In this document: in pieces, positions 24,870-33,157 of the stretch | Layout of the letters: the number at the start of each line of letters is the position of its first letter | Position numbering within the stretch: the stretch's first letter is position 1 | From: Thermoplasmata archaeon | GTDB taxonomy: Archaea; Thermoplasmatota; Thermoplasmata; RBG-16-68-12 | Length of the DNA: 43,898 bases | Assembly (NCBI GenBank): GCA_035299725.1 | Contig: DATGWB010000023.1 | Span: forward strand, 1 to 43,898 | Reading direction: 5' to 3' | Notes under the pieces: generated by a model | Told to the model about the DNA's origin: nothing | Seen by the model: the letters and a program-made list of their open reading frames with translations, nothing else | Databases searched by the model: none | Program-made: the position numbers and the translations under genes

Positions 24870-25657
24870 GGATTCGTGCCCGCGGGATCGTTGCCGGTCG
24901 GGCGTCGGGGCACGCACTCGTCTCCCCGGCTCCGTTCTCCTTTGTCGGCGGGGCGGATCCGGCCACCGGATCGATTCTCAATGGCGCGACCGGCGGCACG
25001 GGCGAACGACTGGCCGGCCGAATCTTCGCATTCCCGACCGGCAAAGGGAGCACGGTGGGCTCGTACGTGCTGTATGGCCTCGGGAAACGGGGCCATGGCC
25101 CCGCGGCGATCGTGAACCGACGCGCGGATGCCGTCGTCGCGGTCGGGGCGACGCTCGCGGGAATCCCGATGGTGGACCGCGTCGACGTCGGGGGCCTCCA
25201 AACGGGCGATCGGATGGTCGTCGACGCGGGTCGGGGAACGGTCGAGCTGCCCGACATCCAGGGAAAGCGCGTGGTGACGGCGATCCTCCGGAACCGGGGC
25301 CGCATCCTCATCGTCCGTCGGAGTGAGAAGGTGGGCACCTTCCAAGGGAAGTGGTCCGCGATCTCGGGCCACATCGAGGGCCGCGAGGATCCGAAGCACC
25401 GGGCCATCGTGGAGGTTCGGGAAGAGACAGGACTCCGGGCAATCACGCTTCGCGGAACGGCGGATCCGGTCCTCGCTCGAGACGGCACGACGATCTACAT
25501 CGTCCATCCCTTCCTCTTCGACACTCCGAATCGTCGGGTGCGCCTCGATTGGGAAAACGTCGAGCACCGATGGATTCGACCGGAGGAGTTGGACCGCTTC
25601 GAGACCGTCCCGCGGCTCGTCGACGTCGTCGCCGCGGTCTTCCAGCCCTCGGCCTAG
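24866..25657 (+). CDS. AcnX small (swivel, DUF126) subunit fused to a C-terminal Nudix hydrolase domain
   Basis: I trimmed the track ORF 24125..25657 to ATG 24866 (ATGA overlap). The N-terminal roughly 130 aa contain GRIFAFPTGKGSTVGSYVLY (DUF126 signature). The C-terminal roughly 130 aa contain the Nudix box GHIEGREDPKHRAIVEVREETGL, which is GX5EX7REUXEEXGU with V in place of R. Confidence 0.75.
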   Translation: MRIRARGIVAGRASGHALVSPAPFSFVGGADPATGSILNGATGGTGERLAGRIFAFPTGKGSTVGSYVLYGLGKRGHGPAAIVNRRADAVVAVGATLAGIPMVDRVDVGGLQTGDRMVVDAGRGTVELPDIQGKRVVTAILRNRGRILIVRRSEKVGTFQGKWSAISGHIEGREDPKHRAIVEVREETGLRAITLRGTADPVLARDGTTIYIVHPFLFDTPNRRVRLDWENVEHRWIRPEELDRFETVPRLVDVVAAVFQPSA

Positions 25658-25667
25658 GAACGCCCAC

Positions 25668-28600
25668 TCATCCAGAGGCGGAACCCGTTTGGCCGCCCGG
25701 TACGTTGACGACTTGATCCACTTCGCGTTCGAGGAGCGTCATCTGGTGAGCATCGAGGGTCGACGGGTTGACGGAGAGCAGCAGCACCCCGTTATTGACG
25801 GCCACCTGATCGCGGATCGACTGCACGAGACGCAACACAGTCAGGAAATTATTGTTGGTTACCAAGTATTCGATCGCGTCCAGGAGGACCACTCCTTTCT
25901 CGCGGGAGAGGAACTGTTCCGCAGCCAGCGATAACTTTTCGATGTCTTTCGGTCGGATCGAGTCCTCCTTGCCAACGTTGCTCAACCAGAGGATCGGCAG
26001 ATCCGTGAGCCCGAAGCGTTCTCGGACCTTCTGCGGGAATAGTCGCGTGATGATCATGCCCTTCTTCCCCGCGTTCTGCGCGATGAGGAACAGGCGATAC
26101 GCCTCGTCGGGCGTCGCCTCCCGAACCAGGTACGAGGAGGAGTCCTTGAGCAACGCGGGAGCCTCGTCTTCACCGGTTCGGGCCGGGGCCGGCGGGGCCG
26201 GTCGCGTCTGCGGCGCACCGCACGAAGGACACTCGGAAGAACCCGCGAGAATCAACTCTCCGCACGCGACGCACGCCGTGCGGGAAGGCGTCCCTAGGGC
26301 GGCCTGGCCGGTCAACGCGAAGCCGCAAACCGGACAGGCGTCCGAGCCGGGAGGGATCGCCGACTTGCATCGAGGGCAGGGCGTGGCCTCCAACGCCATC
26401 GGCTCTCCACATCGAGGACAGCGCCGCGCCCCGTCCGGGACGGAGGCCTGGCAGGTCGGGCAGACGGCCTCCGTCTTCTTCGGGGCGGCGAGGAATTCGG
26501 TGATCCGCTCGACGTCCCCCGCGTCAAGGCCCTCGACGGCGAGCAACTCTTGTTTCGTCGCGGAGCGAAGCGTCGCGAGGCTCTTGTAGCCTGCGTCGAA
26601 AAGGGCCATCGCTTTCGCAATCGTGAGGCCGGGGATCCGGGTGAATTCGCGAACCGCTTCGGAGAGATGGAGCGGCGTAACGCCGATGGTTACGGCATGA
26701 CCGTCGACGTCCTTCCATTCGACGACGTGTTCGGATGCGACGGTCTTGTCGGTGAACGTCAAGCTGCGAGAACGGGTCTCGCGGGCGATGAAGGCTTTCT
26801 GTGCCTCGAGAGTCGCGGCGAATTCCTTGTTCGTCTTGATGACCGCGGCGATGAAATCGTCGACATCGAGGTCGAGGTCTTTCCGCATCTGCTGGATCCG
26901 ACGCACGATCTCCCGAGCGTACGCTTCGGCCTGGAGCTCCGCGGTCACCCGGAGGTCGAGGTAGATTTCGCCGTGAGGCGTCTCGACCCGGACCACCTCG
27001 GGAGGGAGCGCCTTCTCAAAGTGCACCATCGTCGGGTCGATCGCGAACGTTTGCCCGTCGACCTGGAGCGTGTACGACCCGCGCTCGAACGCCTTTTGCA
27101 TCTCGCCCGGAGCGCGTGTGGCGAGCAGTTTCACAATCTTGGGTGCGAGAGCTTTGTACCCCTTGCCAATCGCTGCGAGGTCGGGTTTCGCGACCACGGC
27201 CGTCCCCGGAAACTCGTCTGCGGGTCCCAAGATCACGATTTCCTTCGCGTTCACCTGGTCCAGGAAGATCGTCCGGAGGGAAGAGAGCGCTTCCGCGGCC
27301 TCCGCTGTCGCGCTGCGGACCGCGATCTGTTTCAGGGGCCAACGGAGCTTCCGGCCTCCTTTCTGCCGTTCTTTTGAGACGACTTCGACCGCTTCTTGCA
27401 CGATCGACATGGACCGCTCAAGCTCGGGCCGAAGCCACTTCGCTCGGACGTCGGGCCAATCCAACATGTGGACGCTGAGCTTCCGTCCATCGAGGCGCTG
27501 GTACATCGCTTCGGCGATGTGGGGCGCGACGGGAGCGAGGAGGATCGCAAGGGTGCTCAGCGCTTCGAAGAGCACGTGGAACGCCGCCCGCTTGTCCTCG
27601 TCGTCGGTCTCGGTCCAGGTGCGCCCGCGGACCAGCTTCACGTACCACCGCGAGAGGTCGTCGAGGATGAACGCCTCGACCGCGCGAGCCGCACGGTGGA
27701 GGTTGTAGGAACTCATTTCGAGGTCCACGGTTTTCTTCAGACCCTCGAGCCTCGATAGGAGCCAACGATCCTCGGGCCGGAGGTGGCCTTCGATCGAAGA
27801 GAGCTCCGCCGCGAACGGATCGAACCGATCCAGGACCATGTAGGTCGTCGCGAACCGCAGGACGTTCCACAGGATGTTGAGGGTGCGCTGCGCGTTCCGG
27901 ACGCCGTCCTCCTGGAACGTGATGTCGTCCCACGGCGCGTTCACGGCGATCACATAGAATCGGAGCGGATCGACGCCGAACTTGTTGACGACCGTCTCGG
28001 GCTCGATGTAATTCCCCAGCGACTTGTGCATTTGCCGACCGTCCGGACCGTTCACCCAACCGTGCATCAAGACTTGGTCGTACGGAGCCCGGTCGAACGC
28101 GACGACGCCCGCCGCGAGTTGGGAATTGAACCAACCTCGCGTCTGGTCCGGCCCCTCGACGATCCAGTCCTGAGGCCACCAGCGACGGAACTCGTCGTCC
28201 CGCGCCGGATAACCGAGGCTCGCCCAACTCGAGACCCCGCTGTCGAACCACACGTCGACCGTGTCGGGGACCCGTCGCATCTCGCCGTCGCACTTCTCGC
28301 ACGGCAGTACGACCCGATCGATGCCGGGCCGGTGAAGGTCCATGCCTTCCTGGTAGCCCTTCGCGTTTCGAAGCGACTCGGCCGATCTGACGACCGTCCA
28401 GTGATGGCACTTCGCGCACCGCCAGATCGGGAGGGGGATGCCCCAGTATCGCTGCCGCGAAATACACCAGTCCCGCAGGTTGGACGTCCAGTCGAGCTGA
28501 CGCGCCGATCCGGCCCAATCCGGGAACCAGGTGACCCGCCCGACCTCCTCGACCATCTTCGGCTTGAAGTCCGCCACTTTGAGGAACCATTGGACCGTCG

Positions 28601-29831
28601 CGCGGAACAAGATCGGGGTCTTGCATCGCCAACAATGGCCGTACGCATGGAGGATCGTCTCCTCCGCGAACAGGGCGTGAGCCGCCCGAAGGTCCGCGAT
28701 GATCCCGGGATTCGCTTCCCTCACTTTCTGGCCCGCATAGACGCCGGCTTCCGAGGTGAAGTGGCCTCCGGCGTCCACGGGGGAAAAAGCGGGAAGGCCC
28801 AGGCGCTGACCGAGTTCGAAGTCTTCCGGGCCGTGCCCCGGTGCCGAGTGGACGAGCCCGGTGTACTCGGCGGCGACCGTGTCGGAGGAGACCACCTTGT
28901 GGACCCACTCGCCCTTCACGGATTTCTGATAGGGAAGCTTCGCGCGAAGCGGGTGGAGGTATGCGAGGCCGACGAGGTCGCTCCCTTTCTTCGTCTCCAC
29001 GACGGAATATTTCGTCACCCCGGTGCGGGCCATGACGTCGGGGACGCCGCTCTCCATGAGCCAGACGTACTCGACCTTCTTGCCATAGGGAATCTTTACC
29101 TTCGCGTACCGGAAGTCGGGATGCGCCGCGATCGCGAGATTGGCGGGAAGGGTCCACGGGGTCGTGGTCCAGATCAGGAGGGATTCGTTCGGTTTGCCGG
29201 CGATGCGGAACTTGACGTAGATCGATGGGTCCGTTTCGTCGGAGTACTCGACTTCGGCGTCCGCGAGGGCCGTCTCGCATCGGGAACACCACTGGATCGA
29301 ACGGAGCGCCTCATAGATCCAGTCGCGTTCGTGGGCGCGTTTCAGCGTCCACCAGGCCGCCTCGATGAATTCGTTGCGGATCGTCATGTACGGGCGGTCC
29401 CAATCCAGCCAGATGCCGAGCGACTGGAACTGTTTCGTCATCTTCTGGAGGAGATCCGTCGCGAAGGTCCGGCACGTGTTCACGAACTTCTCGATGCCGA
29501 GCTCTTCGATCTCCTTCTTGTTCGTGATCCCGAGGGTCTTCTCGACCTGCACCTCGATCGGGAGGCCGTGCATGTCGTAGCCTGGCTGGTCCCGGACGTG
29601 GTAGCCGCGCATGCGGTGATAGCGGACGACGAGATCTTTGATCGTCTTGTTCAGGACCTGTCCGAGGTGAATCGATCCGGTCGTGTACGGCGGGCCGTCG
29701 CCAAAAAAGAAATCCTCGCCTTTCTCCCGGGCCACGACGGTCTTCCGATAGACCCTCGCCCGGTCCCAGAATTCCTGGACCTGTCTCTCCACCTCGAGTG
29801 GAGCATACGTCTTCTCCGCCTGCTTGATCAT
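25668..29831 (-). CDS. ileS: Isoleucyl-tRNA synthetase with appended C-terminal HhH, 3x zinc-ribbon and DUF835-like module
   Basis: The archaeal/eukaryal-type IleRS core is full length (GPPYTTGSIHLGQ as HIGH-type motif, KMHKSLGN as KMSKS). I chose the start at ATG 29831 (MIKQAEKTYAPLEVERQVQEFW); the track ORF extends to 29921. The last roughly 333 aa are non-IleRS (see finding). Confidence 0.9.
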   Translation of the reverse strand: MIKQAEKTYAPLEVERQVQEFWDRARVYRKTVVAREKGEDFFFGDGPPYTTGSIHLGQVLNKTIKDLVVRYHRMRGYHVRDQPGYDMHGLPIEVQVEKTLGITNKKEIEELGIEKFVNTCRTFATDLLQKMTKQFQSLGIWLDWDRPYMTIRNEFIEAAWWTLKRAHERDWIYEALRSIQWCSRCETALADAEVEYSDETDPSIYVKFRIAGKPNESLLIWTTTPWTLPANLAIAAHPDFRYAKVKIPYGKKVEYVWLMESGVPDVMARTGVTKYSVVETKKGSDLVGLAYLHPLRAKLPYQKSVKGEWVHKVVSSDTVAAEYTGLVHSAPGHGPEDFELGQRLGLPAFSPVDAGGHFTSEAGVYAGQKVREANPGIIADLRAAHALFAEETILHAYGHCWRCKTPILFRATVQWFLKVADFKPKMVEEVGRVTWFPDWAGSARQLDWTSNLRDWCISRQRYWGIPLPIWRCAKCHHWTVVRSAESLRNAKGYQEGMDLHRPGIDRVVLPCEKCDGEMRRVPDTVDVWFDSGVSSWASLGYPARDDEFRRWWPQDWIVEGPDQTRGWFNSQLAAGVVAFDRAPYDQVLMHGWVNGPDGRQMHKSLGNYIEPETVVNKFGVDPLRFYVIAVNAPWDDITFQEDGVRNAQRTLNILWNVLRFATTYMVLDRFDPFAAELSSIEGHLRPEDRWLLSRLEGLKKTVDLEMSSYNLHRAARAVEAFILDDLSRWYVKLVRGRTWTETDDEDKRAAFHVLFEALSTLAILLAPVAPHIAEAMYQRLDGRKLSVHMLDWPDVRAKWLRPELERSMSIVQEAVEVVSKERQKGGRKLRWPLKQIAVRSATAEAAEALSSLRTIFLDQVNAKEIVILGPADEFPGTAVVAKPDLAAIGKGYKALAPKIVKLLATRAPGEMQKAFERGSYTLQVDGQTFAIDPTMVHFEKALPPEVVRVETPHGEIYLDLRVTAELQAEAYAREIVRRIQQMRKDLDLDVDDFIAAVIKTNKEFAATLEAQKAFIARETRSRSLTFTDKTVASEHVVEWKDVDGHAVTIGVTPLHLSEAVREFTRIPGLTIAKAMALFDAGYKSLATLRSATKQELLAVEGLDAGDVERITEFLAAPKKTEAVCPTCQASVPDGARRCPRCGEPMALEATPCPRCKSAIPPGSDACPVCGFALTGQAALGTPSRTACVACGELILAGSSECPSCGAPQTRPAPPAPARTGEDEAPALLKDSSSYLVREATPDEAYRLFLIAQNAGKKGMIITRLFPQKVRERFGLTDLPILWLSNVGKEDSIRPKDIEKLSLAAEQFLSREKGVVLLDAIEYLVTNNNFLTVLRLVQSIRDQVAVNNGVLLLSVNPSTLDAHQMTLLEREVDQVVNVPGGQTGSASG

Positions 29832-29966
29832 CGCAGCCCCGCTCCTGGGGATTCGGGCCGCCCGAGGCTTCTTCATCGCCTCGAGAAGCGGTCGACTATC
29901 TGGGCGGCCATATAAAAGCATGCGGTCGTTGGTGCCCGTGCACCTACCCGGCGAATCCGAGCGGAT

Positions 29967-30596
29967 TCAGTACGCGGTCGCGGGCAGCTTCCGGACGAAC
30001 TCGTTGTTCGTGAGTTGTTGGACCATGAAGTCCGCGACATCCGCGCGGGAGATGCGAAAGCCCCACCGCGGGATTCCTTCGACCGCCACGCGGTAGCGAC
30101 CCTTCGCTGGGCCGTTCGTCAACAGGACGGCGCGCACCGCGATCCATTCGAGTTCGCGACGCCGAAGTTCGTCGAGCATCTTGCGATGCTCTCGATAGAC
30201 TTCCGGCAGCCACATTCGAAAGATTCGCATGCCCGCATTCCCGACCGCGAATCCGGCCGACTCCCCGAGGGCGCCAGCCGCCGAGAGGGCCACGATCCGG
30301 CGGACGCGGGACCGTTCCATCGCATCGAGGATGTGTCGCACGCCGTCGGAAAGGACCGGCGCCGGATTGCGAGCCGTGCTCCCCAGAGCCGAAAGGACCG
30401 CGTCGTGACCGGGAATCACCCGATCCACCGAGGGAGGGTCGAGGACGTCGCCTCGGACGACGCGCAACCGTTCGTGGACGATGGTCATGCGGGTCGGATC
30501 GCGCACGAAGGCGGTGACCGTGTGGCTCGCCCGCAGTGCCCGTTCCGTGAGGTGGCGCCCGGTCTCCCCCGTCGCGCCGAACACAACGACCTTCAC
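29967..30596 (-). CDS. NAD(P)H-binding Rossmann-fold oxidoreductase (atypical SDR / NmrA-like)
   Basis: N-terminal MKVVVFGATGETGRHL glycine motif. About 209 aa. GTG start. Confidence 0.75.
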   Translation of the reverse strand: MKVVVFGATGETGRHLTERALRASHTVTAFVRDPTRMTIVHERLRVVRGDVLDPPSVDRVIPGHDAVLSALGSTARNPAPVLSDGVRHILDAMERSRVRRIVALSAAGALGESAGFAVGNAGMRIFRMWLPEVYREHRKMLDELRRRELEWIAVRAVLLTNGPAKGRYRVAVEGIPRWGFRISRADVADFMVQQLTNNEFVRKLPATAY

Positions 30597-30693
30597 GAGG
30601 ACCCAGACCGAATAAACGGAGGTCGTCTCATGAAGATGCTGCGATTCCCGCGGCGAGAGTTCCAGACCGGGGGAAGGGCGAGCCGTACGCGAG

Positions 30694-30768
30694 GGCCGGG
30701 AGCGAGATTTGAACTCGCGTCAAGGGATCCACAGTCCCCTAGCATAACCAGGCTAGCCCATCCCGGCC
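30694..30768 (-). tRNA. tRNA-His (anticodon GUG) with genomically encoded G-1
   Basis: Hand-folded cloverleaf. Acceptor is GCCGGGA/TCCCGGC, with U8. The D-loop is AGCCTGGTTA. The anticodon stem is GGGGA/TCCCT with loop CTGTGGA. The T-arm is GCGAG-TTCAAAT-CTCGC. The discriminator is C, paired with an extra 5' G, which is a His identity feature. No encoded CCA. Confidence 0.9.
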
Positions 30769-30792
30769 GCACGCCGCCCAACCGGGGAGGGG

Positions 30793-30805
30793 AATATAGT
30801 ATTTT
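30793..30805 (-). promoter_or_regulatory. Candidate TATA element for tRNA-His (AAAATACTATATT on minus strand)
   Basis: AT-rich box 25-37 nt upstream of the tRNA 5' end in an otherwise GC-rich spacer. Confidence 0.4.
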
Positions 30806-30889
30806 GCTCAACGCAATCCAGCGAACCGTCGACCGGTCGGAGTTGTTTCACCGACCTCTCCAGCGGGTCCTCAACTAGCCGAGCGACGC

Positions 30890-31453
30890 ATGCCCGCCGG
30901 GGGAGCCGTGACGGGAAATACCGCAGTGAGACGCGTTCATGCGATTCGCAGAGAGATGGAGGACCGTCTCAAGCGTTCCGGCCTAGTGGTCGTGCTCTTG
31001 GGCTCCTCCGGACGCGGACTCGACGAGCGGCGAGCGGTCGCGCATGTGCTGACGACGCGGGGGATCGTCGCGCTTGTACCGGAGGACGACTTCCCCCCGG
31101 AAATCGGTCCGTCCGTCATCGAGGAGGACATCCTCGAACGGAGCGACGTCGATCTTGTATTCCTGAGCATCGAGTCGTGGGGCGCCGCTACGGAGTTCGG
31201 CCAGTTCTCGTCCAATCCTCGAATCGCGCCGAAACTCCGCGTCCTGGTCCAACCGGAGTACCACCCGGTGCACAGCCCCTCGGGGAGCTACCTCTCCGAC
31301 TTGTACCTGACCCATCTTGTCCGGTATGGACACGTGTACCCCGTCGATGGCGGACGGCAGGCACCGGTGCCCTCGGCGAAGGCCCTCATTCCCATGCTGG
31401 CGGAGCGCCATCGCGAAATCAAGGCCCTCCGACGGACAATCATTACGAAGTAA
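30890..31453 (+). CDS. Hypothetical protein; Rossmann-like fold resembling nucleoside 2-deoxyribosyltransferase-like / SLOG-type domains (tentative)
   Basis: The pattern VVVLLGSSG...helix...GIVALVPEDD...DILERSDVDLVFLSIESWGAATEFGQF parallels the NDT-like layout (beta1-Gly-rich, then D-x-V...G-x-x-x-E-x-G). No catalytic assignment is possible. The start is uncertain (alternative Met at 30956). Confidence 0.4.
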   Translation: MPAGGAVTGNTAVRRVHAIRREMEDRLKRSGLVVVLLGSSGRGLDERRAVAHVLTTRGIVALVPEDDFPPEIGPSVIEEDILERSDVDLVFLSIESWGAATEFGQFSSNPRIAPKLRVLVQPEYHPVHSPSGSYLSDLYLTHLVRYGHVYPVDGGRQAPVPSAKALIPMLAERHREIKALRRTIITK

Positions 31454-31465
31454 ATATATTTATAC
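31454..31465 (+). promoter_or_regulatory. Strong TATA box (ATATATTTATAC) for the ArsR-family gene
   Basis: TTTATA at 31459-31464 lies about 24 nt upstream of ATG 31488, consistent with a leaderless archaeal transcript. Confidence 0.5.
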
Positions 31466-31487
31466 CTCGTAGAATATCGTGGACTTC

Positions 31488-31856
31488 ATGAAGAAGCTGT
31501 CTGAGACGGAAGACACCGACCCCAAGATTCTCGACCGCCTACGGGCTTACACCGCGCTTGATAATCCGATCCGGCTGCGGGCGTTCCGCCTCATTCACGA
31601 TTCCCCCGGCCTGCCGTTCCATGAAATCGCGAAGGCCGTCCGGATCGAGAGCGGGCTTCTGGCCTACCACATGGGCGTGTTGAAGGCCGCGGGACTCGTC
31701 GATGTGGCCTACGAGCGGGACGGTCGGCAGGTGACCTCCTATCGATTGGGCGCGAGGGGCGACGAACTTTTTTCGGAGCTCTTCGGCAACCCATCGAGCC
31801 GGTCCTCGACTCGGCGCGCGAGCGTCCTCCAACGCGTCGCTGCACGACAACACTGA
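31488..31856 (+). CDS. ArsR/SmtB-family winged-HTH transcriptional regulator
   Basis: LRAYTALDNPIRLRAFRLIHDSPGLPFHEIAKAVRIESGLLAYHMGVLKAAGLV is the ArsR pattern. I moved the start from the track GTG 31479 to ATG 31488 on the basis of TATA spacing. Confidence 0.75.
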   Translation: MKKLSETEDTDPKILDRLRAYTALDNPIRLRAFRLIHDSPGLPFHEIAKAVRIESGLLAYHMGVLKAAGLVDVAYERDGRQVTSYRLGARGDELFSELFGNPSSRSSTRRASVLQRVAARQH

Positions 31857-31869
31857 CGCAACGCAGTCC

Positions 31870-32130
31870 TCACTTGTGTGGAGGCCTCGCAAGGAGCCCG
31901 ACAATCGGGTTTCGCGCCAGGAACAAGGCGACAATGAGGAACACGATGCCGGTACTCATCACGACGATCAACGCGAGCGAAGTCAACGGGGAGATGATGA
32001 CCCCGACGGCGCCAGCGAACAGCAACGCCAATCCGAGGACGCCGGCGAGGATGCTCGTTCTCCGCTGGCGCGCGGCGACCGCATCCTGAAGCCGCCGCCG
32101 CTCGGCGGCCCTCGAAGGTACCGGCTCCAC
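31870..32130 (-). CDS. Small two-TM membrane protein (hypothetical)
   Basis: Hydrophobic helices ILAGVLGLALLFAGAVGVIISPL and LIVVMSTGIVFLIVALFLA follow a basic N-terminus. No family recognised. Confidence 0.45.
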   Translation of the reverse strand: MEPVPSRAAERRRLQDAVAARQRRTSILAGVLGLALLFAGAVGVIISPLTSLALIVVMSTGIVFLIVALFLARNPIVGLLARPPHK

Positions 32131-32224
32131 GCTCCCTCATTCGAGCGAGGTTATTTGATGACTGCGCCTCCGTCGCGGCGGTGCACAAGTGTTTTGTACG
32201 GACCCTCGGATGGGCCGCCGGTCC

Positions 32225-33157
32225 ATGGGCGCGAAGCGCGATCTCGTCTCGATGCTCGACGTGAAGGACGACCTCGTCGGCCTCCTCGAGCTCGCGGCGA
32301 GCATCAAGAACCGCACGAAGGCCGGGGAGCCGTACGAACCGCTGCGCGGGAAGAGCCTCGCGATGCTCTTCGAGAAGGCCTCGACTCGGACGCGGGTCTC
32401 GTTCGAGGTCGGGATGACCCAGCTCGGCGGCCATGCGCTCTTCCTGAGCCCGAACGACCTGCAGATCGGCCGCGGCGAGACGATCTCCGACACGGCGAGG
32501 GTGCTGAGCCGCTACGTGGACGGCATCATGTACCGCGCGTTCAAGCGAGAGAACGTCCAAGAATTGGCTCGGAATGCAACCGTCCCGGTGATCAACGGCC
32601 TCGACGACAAGGAACATCCGTGCCAAGTCATCGCGGACTTGTTCACGATCCTCGAGCACAAAGGCGGCGCGTTCAAGCAACTGAAGCTGGCCTACGTCGG
32701 AGACGGGAACAACGTCTGCAATTCGCTTCTCCTCGGCGCGGCGATCGTCGGCATGGACATGACGGCAGCCTGCCCGAGCGGCTATGAACCGGACGCGGGG
32801 ATCCTCGTGGCCGCGCGAGGCATCGCCAAAGAGAGTGGATCCACGATTCAGGTCGTGGACGATCCCGTGGGAGCCGTGGAACGCGCGGATATCGTGTATA
32901 CCGATGTCTGGGTTTCGATGGGCCAAGAGAAGGAGCAGGACAAACGCGAGAAAGTGTTCCGCCTGTACCAGGTCAACTCCGCCCTCGTCGGCCACGCGAA
33001 GAAGGACGCGGTCGTGATGCACTGCCTGCCGGCCCATCGAGGACTCGAGATCACCGACGAGGTGATCGACGGGCCCCAGTCCATTGTGTTCGATCAAGCC
33101 GAGAATCGTCTGCATGCGCAGAAGGCGATCCTGTCCCGGTTCCTCGCCGGGGTGTGA
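32225..33157 (+). CDS. argF: Ornithine carbamoyltransferase
   Basis: FEKASTRTRVSFE (STRTR carbamoyl-phosphate motif), HPCQ, DGNNVCNSLL and HCLPAHRGLEIT are OTCase signatures. I trimmed the start to ATG 32225. Confidence 0.9.
   Translation: MGAKRDLVSMLDVKDDLVGLLELAASIKNRTKAGEPYEPLRGKSLAMLFEKASTRTRVSFEVGMTQLGGHALFLSPNDLQIGRGETISDTARVLSRYVDGIMYRAFKRENVQELARNATVPVINGLDDKEHPCQVIADLFTILEHKGGAFKQLKLAYVGDGNNVCNSLLLGAAIVGMDMTAACPSGYEPDAGILVAARGIAKESGSTIQVVDDPVGAVERADIVYTDVWVSMGQEKEQDKREKVFRLYQVNSALVGHAKKDAVVMHCLPAHRGLEITDEVIDGPQSIVFDQAENRLHAQKAILSRFLAGV

Noticed and set aside
27783-29915. 710-aa plus-strand ORF, and the 624-aa alternate-frame ORF 27418..29292, inside the ileS region
   Set aside because: They are antisense or out of frame to a fully recognisable IleRS. 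Their translations are Arg/Pro/Gly/Asp-rich with no motifs, a typical high-GC artefact.
30015-30878. 287-aa plus-strand ORF spanning the oxidoreductase gene and tRNA-His
   Set aside because: It is antisense to a good Rossmann-fold gene and runs through a tRNA gene, so it is an artefact.
31739-33115. 458-aa minus-strand ORF, and the 303-aa ORF 31876..32787, over argF and its upstream region
   Set aside because: They conflict with the clear OTCase and with the small membrane ORF. Their composition is Arg/His/Asp-rich without motifs.
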